From positions 1-64,000 of the forward strand of contig OZ025795.1 in NCBI GenBank assembly GCA_964019425.1: a stretch of DNA of 64,000 nucleotides, read 5' to 3'. Numbering within the stretch: the first letter of the stretch is position 1; every line of letters begins with the position of its first letter. Of this stretch, positions 31,363 to 45,121 are shown in pieces. This stretch comes from Flectonema sp. DT1601. Its lineage: Eukaryota. The translations under genes were made by a program, and so were the position numbers. Under the pieces are notes generated by a model that was given only the letters and a program-made list of their open reading frames with translations, was not told the origin of the DNA and made no database searches.

Positions 31363-33149
31363 TTCAGTCTCCGCCCTGTTACTAAAACAAGGTAAGTGTG
31401 CGTACAGGTTTATCTTTCGGACTCTGGTATCGTCGGTAGTTCTACTTTTGCATTTTATAAATATTAAATTATTGTTCCTAATGAAGAAATATTTTAATGC
31501 TACGCCTTAACCACAGAGCTGTCTTGGTCTATTAGATTCCAGGGAATCGGGTCGGCTGGTTATTAAAAATAGCGTATGCTTGCATCACCCGATATGATCA
31601 CCATGTACGTGATTAAGAAAACACAAAACATGGCAATTATTAAAAAATAAAACGGGTGGGAAGAAGACAGAAATTGCAAAAACAATAATAAGAGTCAATA
31701 AAGAACCGTTTTCGAGGGCGCAACAGACACCAAGAAAGCCCTCATCGAGTACTTTTGCAAATTGCAAGCAAACGAAAGAATAATAACGAAACTGTAAGTG
31801 AATAGAGATACATGTCGGTAATGGCTCGCTGTTTTTTTGGTGCAGGGCGAATGCGCGTGCTAAGGCGCTTATTGCCTACGACAGTGAAATTTGGTAGCAA
31901 CAAATAGATGAAAAAAAAAAGATGAAAACAAAAACAATAAAAGTTCGTAAACAGGGGACAGAACGTCGGATAAAGCTCCACAAATGAATTATTTTTGACG
32001 ACTAAATTAAAAAATGTTAGCCAACGTGACTGAAAAGCTTTTATCTGCTTGCATAAGAGAACGAAATACTTCAAAAACTCGTTTTAGTTACGTTCGTCCT
32101 TCTTAGAAACCGTAATAGCACGCACTGAACCCTGTCGTCGTTAGCGCAGTCAGTTCCTAAAAGATCTCTTTCAGTGCTGAGGATAGCAGCACGTGACTAC
32201 CGTGAAGACGTCAAAGATATTCGTGAATGTGGGATGGACACGAAGTAAAAAAAAAGGAGTTCGAAAAATACGGCAATTGACAAACAAGAGGTAACCTCAC
32301 TTCGTGGGATAGAGTCGGTTGCACGTAAGGGTAGAAAGGGAGGGAATATTGGGCACTACTATCGGTGCGCCATCTTGTTGTTAAGTTAGAAATTAGGAAA
32401 CGGACTTCGGATTAAGTTCCGATTCTGAAACCAGATCGGGAAAAAAAGAAAGGAAGGATCAAAAAATACTTAGCAAGTCAGGACCATGTGCGTCAAGTTT
32501 CAAACAACTCGACTCTGACCCTTCATGGATTGCATGTCTTGCAGTGTTAAGTGATACGACAAAAGATAAATGAAGATTGCTAATGTGTTGCGATGTTCCC
32601 GAAGGTTATCCCAGCAGAGTAGAACAAGGTGGGGATTTCCTTTCGAACAGCACCGCTTCTAAACTGACTGTCAACTTATCTATTATATTAAGGGTTAGGG
32701 CATTCCGAAACATATTTTGGCGTTACCGTGAAGTAGGATTCTATTTTAAATAAACGATCCTATATTTAGTCACCAATCAATACGACACAAAGATTTAATT
32801 CTATTTAGGGCAGTTCCTTGAGGATTGGGTTGGGACGCCTCAAGTCACACGGATATGATGTTTTTACTCCAAGGGTTATGATTTTACATCAAACAATAAA
32901 ACCAGTGGCATGTAGTTAAACTACGAGGGAAATCACAACGTGCCAATGACAATGGTGTGGGGGGTGAATCTTATTTTCATCTCCAGTTGGCCACCAGACC
33001 TTCCACTTAAATGGAGGCTGCGGTACCAAGTTACTCATTGTAACTGCAGATATTTATTTATCATTAAATTGACATTTAGCAAAAATTAAAATTACAATTA
33101 CCCGGAAATGAGATCCACCAACAGCCGACTACCACATGTACTGACACTA

Positions 33150-34133
33150 TTATCTTATCCTGGGGTGATTGCTGGACCTCAGAGAGAACACAAATTTTGG
33201 AGGTGTTGTTGGCAAAAGCATGTCTTGCAAATTCTCAATTCTGGTGGTTGAGAAAAGCTCCTTACGGTACTTTGCAGCACTCTGCTCTGCTATTTCCGCC
33301 CTGCGAATGGCTAGAGTCAGCTGTCTGTTTTCAGATGCGGTAGTTTCGAACGAGCATTCTGATGAAGAAGCAGAAGGAGTGAACGGAGCGTAAAGTTCTA
33401 AATTACCTTCGCAGCTCTTCTCTTCCTTGTAAAGAGTCTTCGATTTTTGAGCCGCTTTTAGACTTTCAACTTCCTTAACAAGGGCTGCATTGGCCTCCTT
33501 TAAATCCTTCATTTCCGCAGTTGAATTAGTACGTTCCTTATCCATACGATTCAGACGTAACCTGAGGGATGCGATTTCTTCCTGTGCTGTTTGTTGGCAT
33601 TCTAACTGCTCCTGCTGAACAAGATGCCACGAAGCATCCCTCAGGGTTGTTATCTCTGAGTCGTTTTCACTCTGAGATTTTATTAATCTTTCTTCCAGGT
33701 CTTGACAGCGGAATAAGTTAAGTAAAATACCGATATATTCATCTTGGATTGCGAAACGGCCTTTTCGCTCGCATCCTAATAGCAGTCTTTCTGTGAACTT
33801 AACTAACGAGTTGAGACCTTGATTCTGTGTATTTAATGTTGTTTGTGTAGTAATTGTTGTATCTTCAAGTTTTAACTTCTCATCTTCTACGGCCGTTAGT
33901 TTAACCTTCATAGTTGTTATCTCGTTCATCATTTCAACCATCGTCGGCATTTCAGTAACGCTGCCGCGACGAATCGATCTGGAAGCAACCCTCTCACTAT
34001 ACTCATCCAGGAAACTCATTCTCCTTATTCCACCCAACCCATTAGCTGTTGGGGAAGTATTTTGTGGCGAGTCCTCTGAATCACTCGATCTAACTTGAGT
34101 CATTGATGCTAAGAAATCAGGGCAGAGTTCCAT
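33150..34133 (-). CDS. Hypothetical coiled-coil protein (327 aa)
   Basis: Long ORF rich in E/K/L heptads. Confidence 0.75.
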   Translation of the reverse strand: MELCPDFLASMTQVRSSDSEDSPQNTSPTANGLGGIRRMSFLDEYSERVASRSIRRGSVTEMPTMVEMMNEITTMKVKLTAVEDEKLKLEDTTITTQTTLNTQNQGLNSLVKFTERLLLGCERKGRFAIQDEYIGILLNLFRCQDLEERLIKSQSENDSEITTLRDASWHLVQQEQLECQQTAQEEIASLRLRLNRMDKERTNSTAEMKDLKEANAALVKEVESLKAAQKSKTLYKEEKSCEGNLELYAPFTPSASSSECSFETTASENRQLTLAIRRAEIAEQSAAKYRKELFSTTRIENLQDMLLPTTPPKFVFSLRSSNHPRIR

Positions 34134-36085
34134 ATTGTTTTGTAAAAGAATACTTTAAAGAAAGTTTGTGAAATAAGTTTCAATATTAGAGAACAAGACG
34201 TTCACACCATCAAATAGTTCGATTCCAACGTGGGGAGGGAGCAGGGACGTAGAAACTGCAGGCGGTGAAGGGGTACAAAAATTATCGACAGAGCGTGTGA
34301 AGGCGAGGAAGTAAGATTATTCCGAACGACACTCAACCTTCGAATAGTGAAATAGCAAAAACAGGGACGATCGGGATGATCTGATATAAACCAACTAACT
34401 GAAGAATTTTATATTTGAAGCACCGACTCGAAAGAAAGACGAAAACCTTCAGAATGGCAGAAATGATAAAAATTCATCACATGGCGCATTCCTTTAATTC
34501 ATTAGATACGCTAAATGTAACAAAGCGGGCACGTCCTTAGACTGTTCGTGTAGGCGCACCTGTACTCATAGACGGACAGCCATGTTACATTCTGTTGAAG
34601 CTATTGACGATATTAGCGGTGTATGGAATTGAAAATAAAAAGCACACGTTGTGTCACTGACTGAATCTCTCGCACAGTTTTCAATAATACTTCATTCATC
34701 TTGATATTAAAATCGATGTCAAGTCGAGCTCGCAATACTGCTGGCTCTGAATTTCTTGAAACAATTTACAAACAGAACCTTAATATCGCATAAGAGGAAC
34801 AAATGGAATCCAATTCCTCAGACACGCTGGTTCAACGTAGAAATAAATTCAATTCAACAGTCGATTGGCTTTCATAGCCTTTCTCCAACAACTTTACACT
34901 TAGGGAACAAATAGTACTTTGCGTAAATCACAGTGCAGGTGGGCCTCAGCTTTTTTAGAGCGACAGACTGCCCTGCTAATTGTTTGCGTCGTAAACTATT
35001 TTAGTATTTAAACAGAGCAAGTGAAGGGTAGTGGCATCTTGAGTAAGGGTTATCTTTTTCTTTCATTATTTAAATTCTTTCTTGATTTCTTTCATTTTAA
35101 AGGATACACTTGTTGACCATCAAACACTAGTCAACAGACCTGTAAATAGTTTTAGTAAGCTGCTGTGTCATACTTCTGATTGAACACGAGAACTGAGGGG
35201 ATCACAACATATCCTCTACTTCATATGTGGTCGTAGTTTAGGTTATGTTAGTGGGGGTTATCACAAATAAATAAATAATCAAATCAATCAATAACTTAAT
35301 GACATCAAACAAAATAATAGGTTTTCGTTGAAGGCTAAAATTAATAAAAATTAACTAGCCCTCTTCAGCGAAGAAAGTAAGAGGGACACTGCGGTGTCAG
35401 GCCTGTCCTACTCATCGCATTGTCCTTCTTAACGTAAAGGGACCACATCAACATCGTCTCTTTATATAATACATCAGGTCAGTCAAGTTAGTTGGATGTT
35501 AAATCGGCCAAGACCGAGTATCCGAAAACTGCTAAAATGATTTTAAAATGTAGAAGTTCACGTTCCCCTCATAGACGGGCATCGCGTACTTTAGTAATTG
35601 TTGAGAAGTTCCATCAAAGCAGAACTGACGAGAATCAGTTCTCTCTGAGTTACTTTAACGCAACAAAAGATGATATCTTGAATCTTGAAGGTGAAGTTAT
35701 TACAATCACCTGTTGAATAACGCTCCCGCAAATTCAAAAAGAAACGGAATCTGCACAAGAGACGCTTCTAACAAACTCTCACACCACGACAAATGATGTG
35801 GAATGAATAGGATAGGAAACCATTGCTTCCCATTTAAATATAAATATAATATGCCGCGATATTGAAACGAAAACATAGGGAGGGGGGGGAAAGGCCTTCA
35901 GCTGATAGCTAAATCTCTGAAGACGACACGTCCGATGATAAGTAACGAAAGTCAGAAAAACTATTTTCTGTTACTAATTATTAAATCGCTATTTAATGTG
36001 CGATGTGAGTTGACCTGGTTGGTTGTTGTTAAAGTATAGACAGCTGCTTTGTTTATACTTGTATTCTTTATTATTCTTATTCTTG

Positions 36086-36117
<32 letters not shown>

Positions 36118-36750
36118 TCTTTTTCACGTTCTTAAAAATATTTAAAAACTGTCTTTACGTAATTCCTTTCCTACAACTGGACTCTCGCAACTACAATTTA
36201 TTATCTACAACTTTGATACACAGTAGTCTGCACAAATCAGAGAAAAGGACATGTTCACAATATAGAAAATTTGTTTCCCCTTTGATTATGAGGATAATTT
36301 CAAAAAAGAATGTTCAAAAAATGTGACAAAAAGGTCAAGAAAAATGGAGAACGGGAAAAAAAAAAAAAAAAAAAATTACGAAACGGATGATACTCAAAAG
36401 ATAAAAAACCTGACTTACTTTAACCGATCGATTGGTGTCAAGAGTATTTAATCGACAATGCTACTTCTTAAAACTCACTCGTAGTGGCTTCCTGTAATGA
36501 TGAAGTAGCAGAGAGGCCGTTGATATTAATAATCCTGTTGTTATCATATCTTTGAAACAAACGAGAAGAAGGGAAATAAAACTATTTTAATATTCCTACC
36601 ACTAACCGAAAACTTGAATGACACAAACGAATATGTACAATCTTCTAACAAAGAAACATGTTGTCTCTAGGTTGGTTAGTTTTGGTTTATTGAAATATTC
36701 GATTTGCTCGCAGAAATATCAAAATGCTTTCCTTCGCCCTCCCCTAGTGA

Positions 36751-38212
36751 CTACGCACGGCTAATCTTTCGAGCTCTCGGGCTGAGACTATTCATTGGTG
36801 ACCCAAGACTTCCACGAGGGGATAGATTTGCTTTTCCCGTAAAAGCCAACACAGGAATTCCACTAGCGAAGATGTGCCTCTCTCTTTCCTGACTCCTCGA
36901 CTGACTTCTCGAAACAGAAGCATACGCCGCCATCTCTGATTCCTTCTCAACTATCCGCATCTCTGCATCTGCCAACCTCTTGTGCGCTGCTACGAGTTTC
37001 TTCTTTTCGGCCTCAACTACACCTGACCCAACGCTGAGGTTTGCCTTCTCTTCGGTCAGCCTTCTGATTTCTGCTTCCTTTTGAATTAACTCCGTTTCAA
37101 GTCGAGAAATATCACTGTTTGAGAGCATGGCGTCGGCAACCTGTTTTATTGGTATTTGTCTTCTTCTGTAACTTATGAGTCAAATTAATAAACGTTTCTA
37201 GGAGGGACAATTTACTAATATAAAAAAGTCATACGAGTTTTCCAATTTCACTGTCTCGGTTTACTATTTCTTCCTTCAAATCTTGGAGTTTTTCTTGCGT
37301 TTCGAAGTCGAGGTCAATAGCCCTGTGGATAGGTGAAGTTGAAGGAGATTCCGGATTATCAAATTCTGCAGCGGCATCTTCCATCGCTTTGACAGTTTCT
37401 TGGAGGTTCTCACTTCTTTTTGTTTCTTCAAAGAGAAGACGATTTAATTCCTCAATCTTTAGAGCATCAGACATATCAACAGTTTGCATCATCGCCTCTT
37501 CTGGTTCAACAGCGTACATTAGTAACGCGAGTTGGAGGTGCATATCAGAACCCAGCTTCTCGATAGATTCTCTCATTTGAGCCTCCTGACGCATGCACTC
37601 GGTCAGTCCTCTTCGCATTATGTCGTTGATTTCAAATTCTCTGTTCTTCAGCTTCTGTTCGACGTCATCCGCGCGATGTTTCATTTTGGCCTCATTCTTT
37701 CGAGCGACCAAAACCTCTTCCTTCAGTGACGAAACCTGAGAGAACAGTTCGACAACAGACGGCATAGGAGCCTTTGTCTTTCCTTTCTTTGAAGTCTTGT
37801 CAGTCAGGTCCTTCAGAAAGTCGGATGAAACGTATTCCTGTTCAAACCTCTTGACTGCCGACATACCTCTAACACGACCTTTGCGCTTTGGAGCTCCGCC
37901 CTCACCACCACCACCCCCAGGAACCTGTAGTGTTACTTTAGATGAGGTACCTTCCCCTCCCGGGATCTGCAGAGTGACTGCAGGAGGTGACTTGATACTG
38001 TCAGGGAAAGACAGTGTCACCGATGGTGGAGATTTCAGTGCAGCAGGCAACGTTAGGGAAAAACCAGGCGGAGACTTCCTACCTTTAGGCGGCTTTTCAG
38101 GGGGCGACTTCGACTTGTGCGATGGTGATTTCAATGCTGGAGACTTTCTCGGGCTCTCACATGATGGAGACTTTCTCGGGCTCTCACCCTCGTCTGTTCT
38201 CAATGCAGGCAT
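36751..38212 (-). CDS. Coiled-coil protein with KSPP-rich N-terminus, two exons (intron 37141-37234)
   Basis: A phase-0 GTATG...CAG intron joins EIGKL to VADAMLSN in frame. Confidence 0.8.
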
Positions 38213-39124
38213 TTGGTTTTTGTTTGTGGAACTGAAAGAAACTACCGTACAAAATACCGCAAGTATCACTTATTGTTGGAGGTAATCTACTCAAGCCCAT
38301 GTTTTTGCTGACTTGAATTACGGAGGGAAAACCATGTTACCCATGCGCATTTCTGAGAAAACATAACGAAAGCTTCGTAACATGCTGAATATCAAAAGGA
38401 AAAAAACGAAGAGAATAACAAAACAGAGTCCCTGAGGCTAGAGTTCATAATATTTGCTGTTCGTCTAATTTCAGTACTGTTCCCAAACACAAGAACACTA
38501 AAAGTAGAAGACAAACTGCTTCATTCATTTTTTGCACCTTTGGAGTCAGAAGGTGATCGCGGCTAGAAACAAATCAAGAAACGAAAAGATAAATACGAAA
38601 AAGAATAATTATTTTAACATTCGGAATCAGCAGCAACGTGACGTGCAGTAGCAGAATGCTTACTCATCATTCTACTGACCACAACTATCAGTGAAGTGAC
38701 AATTTAACATCGAGTTAAACATAACTCTGGTTATGACACAGAATTCAGGCCATCGTGAAAGGTAATTTGTATTTCTTTTAAATTGAGGATAGGAATGAAC
38801 AGTAAGATAAGAACTATAAACAAAACAGAACAACATCAACTTCTATGCAGCTGACAGGTGTAACCCGAAAACTGTTAATAGTTTCGTTGTATATCACACA
38901 GCACTACTATAGCAATACTGTTTATTATATTGTACTCGTCTTCGGATTAAAAAAGAATCCTTCTCTTTGAAGTCCTCATCACGAATAAGATTCAAGTACT
39001 GCAAAAATTCTCTATTTTCACGAGGATTTTTCCCGCGAGAATAATTCCTTGCTACGAGGTTTTCGTTTGCCGAGAAGCAATCCAATTAGGACACGACTCG
39101 TCCTTTAATATCTCTAATTCATAA

Positions 39125-42100
39125 TCAGGTCTGGTTATCTCCATTCAAGGCACGCTCCCAAAGTTTCGAAGCCTCAGCTTGGAGTCCAGAAAGAAAGTGA
39201 TCCTCTTCATTGTAAGTATCACCTTTATATATTAACTCGTCTACTAATGACCTGTCTGGCATCTTTGGATCATTCAACAGAAGCTGCTGATGGAGTTTTG
39301 TTTGAATTAGAATTCGTAAAATAGGAGCAGCCTTGAAGGCATCCTGTGCATGAGAGAGGTCCGTATTAGCGTCGTCAAGGAGGAGGTGAGATTGAGAAAT
39401 CTTCTGCTGAGCTTCTTCAATCTTTTGTTTGAATTCATCAGCTCGTAATTTAATCTTTTGAGCTGATTCAATTTCTGATTTTATTGCGGAAGCCAATTTG
39501 AAGTTTCGCTGACTGGCAGCTTCCTTCTTTTGAGATTCCAGTTCTGATAAGTCGTCGTCCAGCAGCTTTGAGTTGTCCTCATAAAAATACTGAAGCTCTT
39601 GTTGCTGTCGTTCGTACTGATGCTTCGCTGATTCCAACTTGCTGTTAGCAATCTGTAATTTCTTATTTCTGTTGTGAACATCTCTGTCTAAGTCTATTAT
39701 TCGAATTTCAGGTATCTTATTCTTATAAATTGACTTCAGTCGGCATCGATCTGCAAAGCTGCTGCGGCAGGCCTCAATTTCATTCCTCACATTTTGTTGG
39801 AACTCATCGAGTGTCGTGACCTTCGCTTTCATCTCCTCCATTTTGACGACGTTGCTTTCCCGAATTCGGACTTTTTCGGAAAGCTTGTTGTTTTCCCTCA
39901 ACATTTCGAGTTCCAGATCATCTATTTTTTGGATAGTTGTGAGCATCGTTATCTTCGTTTTCTTTTCAGATTCTCGTTTCTTTGAAGCCAGAAGAAGGAT
40001 TTCTCCTTCTATATTTCGCCGCTCTCCATCCTTTAGAATTAATCTATCCCTCACGTCTCTTATTCTGCTTTCAAAACTTCTCTCTTCTGCTGCTAAGTCG
40101 TCTAATTCAGAAGATGTTACTCGTAACTTGTCTTCCATCTGTTCTACTCGTTGTTGCATAACTTCTTGGAGTCCTCGTTGAGTTCCTCGATGTTCTTCAA
40201 TATCGGTTTCTATTTCGGAGATGTTCTTTTTGATGATCTCTTTCTTAGCTTCAATAGCCTTTCGACGGTTATCAAAGTGTTCTGGAGAATATTTAGCAAT
40301 CGATATCTTCGATACGCTCTGCAGTTCTCGAGTTCGGTTCCACTTTTCGAGGCTCCTTAGAAATTCATTTTCGTGAGTAGCCACCTTCTTCAGCCATTCT
40401 CTCACTCCCTCAAGAGCTTCAGATATCTCGTCTTGTTTTGTTGTGCCAACAGCCTGCTTGGTAGCAACTGTCGTTTCTATCAGTTGCTGTGTACTCGCCA
40501 TTCTCTGTTGTAATTCCAACTGCAGTCTTTCCCCTGCTGGGTGAAATCTCGCTTTTATTGAACTGCCCTCAGTCACCAAGTCAACACTTGACGCAACTGG
40601 TTTCACACTCGTGAATGAAAATGCAGAACCGCTCTCTGCGGGTGGGACACTAACCGAGGAAGGTGTTGTTGAGGTGAACGAAAATGCACCTTCATTCGTT
40701 TCACTTATCTCTGTAGTTGTTTGATGACTTGTGGAAGTAAAGGAAAATGCATTCTCCTTGGGTCTCTGTTTGCATTCGGTCGTTGCTAATTGTGCGGCGG
40801 ATGATATTTCAGCATCTTTTGTCGGAGTTTCCTCCACCAGAGCGAATGACATTTTTGATGACATCCTTGTTGAGTTTCGCGATCTCTTCTTCGCTCTCAA
40901 CTTCCCTTCCAATGGAGTTGAACAAAGTGACGGATCGAGTGAAGTACTTCCGGGAGTGGAGATAGGCGTCGAAGTATTCGAAAGAGAAATTGAAGGGAAA
41001 TTAATAACTCCGACACTGGGGCGAGGGCGAGCAGCCCTGAAGGAACTGTCGAGAGAAAGGCTGCAGGTTGCTGATGTCGGCGTACCAATAGTGGTGTTTG
41101 TTTCGGACTGCTCAATTTCTTTTTTTGTAGTTCGAATACCTCCTGCTGTTATTGTTGACTTTCGTGTTCTGCGTCTTCCTGTAAATGGCTGACGACCTTG
41201 TGCGTTAGCAGGCTCTGACACGGGTGTGCGAGGCTCACTTTCATCTACTTGCTTGGTCGCTACCGCCACGGGATCTCTTTTCGGACTAGCCGGCCCAGGA
41301 AGAACAATTGAAAGACCAGCTCCAGATTGTTTGGATTCCTCCACGTCTCTGTTTTCCGCAGTCTTCATGGTCATCGTTAGACCAGCCATGAGACTGCTCG
41401 ACATTTGGGAGTTTGAGGACGCTACAGAAGTTGGGTTTGAAACTTCTGCAGTTGTATCAGTTTGGGGAATAGTGGATGATGATATTTGTTTAGTCTCTTT
41501 ACAAGATGATGAGAGTAATTCATTTTGTGGCTCAGTTTCTATTTCTGTTTCAGGAAGGTCCAAACGAATTGAAATACCCGTCGTAAAATTAGACGTCCTT
41601 CGGGATTCTGATATCGGTTCACAGTTTTCAGTTCTCAACAACATCTTTCCCCACGGGAGAGGGAAGTCAACCATTGTGCAGACGGAACCATCTTTGCTGA
41701 ACTGCTTCCCAATAACTTCTCCCTTCTTCCCATTGAGTTCGGCATCCATTTGAAGACCTCTGGCAACAACAAAGGATCCGATTTCAATATTATTTACTGT
41801 CGGAATCATAGTAGCTGTTCGCACAAAGACGTTTTGCTCTTTGAAACTCATCGGCTCTAAATGTTGTCGGGGAGGGTCAAACTTTACTATAATTCTGTGA
41901 CACTGGTCACCCATCATCACTCCAACACAGAGACCACAAGATCCGTTTAAATATCTCTCACATGTTAAATTGTTTACTTCAACCTTAGCACCCACCTCAA
42001 CTGGTTCCTTCACACCTTTGTTTGTCTGCTTAGCCATTGGACAGCGGTGTGCTCCGACAGTGATATTCTCCCTGCACAACGGGCACATGAAGGAAGACAT
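39125..42100 (-). CDS. Large protein: N-terminal Cys/His knuckle, two SH3-like repeats, S/T-rich linker, long coiled coil
   Basis: ~990-aa ORF; CPLC..HRC; repeated V..L....LNG..G.V.G pattern. Confidence 0.8.
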   Translation of the reverse strand: MSSFMCPLCRENITVGAHRCPMAKQTNKGVKEPVEVGAKVEVNNLTCERYLNGSCGLCVGVMMGDQCHRIIVKFDPPRQHLEPMSFKEQNVFVRTATMIPTVNNIEIGSFVVARGLQMDAELNGKKGEVIGKQFSKDGSVCTMVDFPLPWGKMLLRTENCEPISESRRTSNFTTGISIRLDLPETEIETEPQNELLSSSCKETKQISSSTIPQTDTTAEVSNPTSVASSNSQMSSSLMAGLTMTMKTAENRDVEESKQSGAGLSIVLPGPASPKRDPVAVATKQVDESEPRTPVSEPANAQGRQPFTGRRRTRKSTITAGGIRTTKKEIEQSETNTTIGTPTSATCSLSLDSSFRAARPRPSVGVINFPSISLSNTSTPISTPGSTSLDPSLCSTPLEGKLRAKKRSRNSTRMSSKMSFALVEETPTKDAEISSAAQLATTECKQRPKENAFSFTSTSHQTTTEISETNEGAFSFTSTTPSSVSVPPAESGSAFSFTSVKPVASSVDLVTEGSSIKARFHPAGERLQLELQQRMASTQQLIETTVATKQAVGTTKQDEISEALEGVREWLKKVATHENEFLRSLEKWNRTRELQSVSKISIAKYSPEHFDNRRKAIEAKKEIIKKNISEIETDIEEHRGTQRGLQEVMQQRVEQMEDKLRVTSSELDDLAAEERSFESRIRDVRDRLILKDGERRNIEGEILLLASKKRESEKKTKITMLTTIQKIDDLELEMLRENNKLSEKVRIRESNVVKMEEMKAKVTTLDEFQQNVRNEIEACRSSFADRCRLKSIYKNKIPEIRIIDLDRDVHNRNKKLQIANSKLESAKHQYERQQQELQYFYEDNSKLLDDDLSELESQKKEAASQRNFKLASAIKSEIESAQKIKLRADEFKQKIEEAQQKISQSHLLLDDANTDLSHAQDAFKAAPILRILIQTKLHQQLLLNDPKMPDRSLVDELIYKGDTYNEEDHFLSGLQAEASKLWERALNGDNQT

Positions 42101-43501
42101 CGTTCTGTGTGCCAAGTCATACTGAGAAGAGAATTTTTACAAAATAAAACGCAACGCAAAAACTTGACCGACTTATTATTTTGATGAGATCTAATTATTA
42201 TCACTTTGAGAGCATCGATTAGACACATCAAAAAAAAAAAAAGTAAATCTCATTTTATAATTCAACAAGGAATAAGGTTTTAAGGTTTTCAAAGAAGCGT
42301 GGCCTTTCCCTTAATGTTTTCAAAGGATTTGCAAAAATATTACAAAGATCACAAAGATATTTGTGCTTCACGCCATGCACTTCGGGTCTCTCGGATCTGC
42401 TTAATTTCTTTAAGCAAAGAGGAGAAACACTAAACACAATCTACTCCTTAATAATGGAATATCGATATCATTGAGAGAGCAGTTCGGTGTTAAAAAAAAG
42501 AACGAGACTTTTTTTTATCATTGTTCATCCCTTATTGAAAAGGGAATAGGTGGTAAAAGAGAAGACAAAAATAAAAGATGAATGAAAATATTACAATACC
42601 GGAATGAAAGTGCAAAGTAACATTCATACAAATCTAACAGAAATCAGATAACTCAGACTCACAATGTTAACACATCGCGTGCTTGAACACCTGTCTCCTT
42701 AATTCATAAATACCACCGCGTGATATCCATTACATGAAAGTTTAGTTAAAGAATCGAGTCACCGACGACGTTTGCAGAAAGTTTCACTGCACAAAGAGAG
42801 ACTGTAGAGTCACAACAGGTTGGTATCGTAACTATCCTGCATGCATGACAAGAATAAGATCCAGCAACTTGACAAATGATGTCAAACTGAATGCTACCAT
42901 TCATATCAGGAAGTCGATATCCAGAATGCGAGGTGCGCTTGTTAAAGTCTCCAATCTTACGAGAAAGTTAGAAAGCTTACTTTTCAAGATCGAGTCACTA
43001 ACAAAGAGGGGGGTAGATGACCGCTTGTTGTCGTCAACATCCCAGACCAAATCTTCTACAGAGAGATGATTGGAAACTTATCATTCGAGGGACCCCTTTG
43101 AAGTGGAATTTCCGTCTTGAAAGCTTTAAATACTCTCGACAACGAGGACAGGAAAACTGAAGGATTTCAAATTCAATCCGTACCTTGAGATCTGAGATCT
43201 GCTACTTCTTCACCAATAATAACTTCACAATTAAATGAAACGCACAAGACACTTTCACATTACCTGAAGTGAGTATCACAAAATAAAAAGAAGAAGGGAT
43301 CCACCTTCTTTGAAACGTTAGTAATTGGAGAGAGTCAGAAATAAAAAAGCGGAAGTACTTTTATTAAAATGATGGAAGGATTGAAGGGAGATGTGGTGGG
43401 GCAGTTTGCAGTGACATGAATGTCACAAGAGTCAGGTCTCATCTTAATCAGATGCGAATATCATAATTAAAGAATGAGAATATTGTAACTCCCTTCGTTT
43501 C

Positions 43502-45121
43502 TTATTCTTCGGCATCAATCGGCTCAAGCACCCCGTTGATCTTCATTCCTTCACATAAACCAGGAAGGATTTCGCTACCAAATTTATTAAGAGGAACAAT
43601 GTACGCTAGATTCAGGTCTGGTCCAGTGCTTCCGTGGAACTCGAGTCTCTTCGTCATGTTCGTAATTAAGTTTGCGTATTGCGGGTCCTTTGACAAGTCG
43701 TGTGATTCAGAGATGTCGTCGACTACGTTAAACAGGCAATGAGGAATGCAAGACTTCGTTCCACTGCCTTCTCCGCTTGGTGCACGGCACTGGTTGCCCT
43801 GCTTCTGACCACCAGACTCCCCGAAAGGTGTCGCAGTTGCCGACAACTCTGGCCACTTGAGAATACGCGTGTCACCGACGTTACCTTTGCTCGTGATGAT
43901 CAGCTTGAAGTCACCCATTCGGATTGATGTCACATTCTCACTGAAGTATTGGTTGGCAACCTGGTGCACTACTTCGCTTCTCGGAGAAGCCTCGTTTGCG
44001 AAAATCGCAGGCAGAAGGTTGTGTCCATCAGGAAGGCGAGGTCCAGTGTTTGCAGGAATGCTACCCCCAGCAACACCCTCAACGAATACTTTGTACCAAT
44101 CAGAAGAGTGTGCCAACCCATCCCAGTTGGTACCACGACGTGACTCAGGTACGAGTCCACCAGAAATGAAAGATTCCACACGAACCCCTCCTTCCCAGAA
44201 ACTGTGCTTTCCACCTCTCAATGGAAAGTTGGTGGTGTGGGCCAGTGGACCTCCGTTATCAGAAACAACAACAATCAAAGTATTGTCCCACATGTCATTT
44301 GAGTGCAAAGCTGCCGTGATGTTAGCAAAGGACCAGTCGAGTTCAGTCATCACAGCAGACTGCGCCTTGTAAGTATCATTCACAACATACGGATACATAT
44401 CAACAGTGCTGCAGTGAGCCTGAATACCGAGATTTAAACCGACACCGCGTGCCAAATGCACATTTTGCGGAGCGTAGTAAAGGTACAAGGACTCGTCTTG
44501 TGTTACGGACTTGATGATTTTCACGGCCTCTGCAGTAAACACATTCGTCGAGTAAGTCCCGTTCACAGACGTGTCGGCACCTTTGATTGCAGTCAGCGTG
44601 CTGTTTGAGAAATCAAATGCCCTGAAGTCAGGACTCAGATCCTTGCACGAAGTACTCAGAGGAGCCCAGTGATAAAACAAGTCAGCATTGGCTGCCAGGT
44701 AGTAACCAAGAAACGTATCAAATCCTCTTTCTGTTGGGCTGCATTCCTTCTTTGCAAATCCGACATCCCACTTGCCGATTGCGTGGGTGCGGTATCCGTT
44801 GTCTTTCATGAGCTGAGGGATGAGTGTGAAGTTCCTCGTGCAGTGATCTTCGTCCCGAGTCATGTCGTAGAAACCAGCTCCCCAAGGATACCTTCCCGTC
44901 ATCAAACTCGCACGTGAAGGAGAGCAGATCTTAAAGGTATAGTAAGAAGTCAACCTCACTCCTTCCTTAATGAGTTGATTCATTTTCGGTGTCTTTACTG
45001 CATAGTCGTTGTGGACACCAATGTCATTGTATCCCAAGTCATCGACAACAATCTGCACAATGTGAGGCTTCTTCGCTGAAACAACAAACGCTCCAAGCAG
45101 GAGGGTCAAAAGGGTTCTCAT
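43502..45121 (-). CDS. Formylglycine-dependent (S1) sulfatase, arylsulfatase B-like, copy 1
   Basis: Signal peptide MRTLLTLLLGAFVVSA; VDDLG, CSPSR..MTGR, GKW, SDNGG. Confidence 0.93.
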   Translation of the reverse strand: MRTLLTLLLGAFVVSAKKPHIVQIVVDDLGYNDIGVHNDYAVKTPKMNQLIKEGVRLTSYYTFKICSPSRASLMTGRYPWGAGFYDMTRDEDHCTRNFTLIPQLMKDNGYRTHAIGKWDVGFAKKECSPTERGFDTFLGYYLAANADLFYHWAPLSTSCKDLSPDFRAFDFSNSTLTAIKGADTSVNGTYSTNVFTAEAVKIIKSVTQDESLYLYYAPQNVHLARGVGLNLGIQAHCSTVDMYPYVVNDTYKAQSAVMTELDWSFANITAALHSNDMWDNTLIVVVSDNGGPLAHTTNFPLRGGKHSFWEGGVRVESFISGGLVPESRRGTNWDGLAHSSDWYKVFVEGVAGGSIPANTGPRLPDGHNLLPAIFANEASPRSEVVHQVANQYFSENVTSIRMGDFKLIITSKGNVGDTRILKWPELSATATPFGESGGQKQGNQCRAPSGEGSGTKSCIPHCLFNVVDDISESHDLSKDPQYANLITNMTKRLEFHGSTGPDLNLAYIVPLNKFGSEILPGLCEGMKINGVLEPIDAEE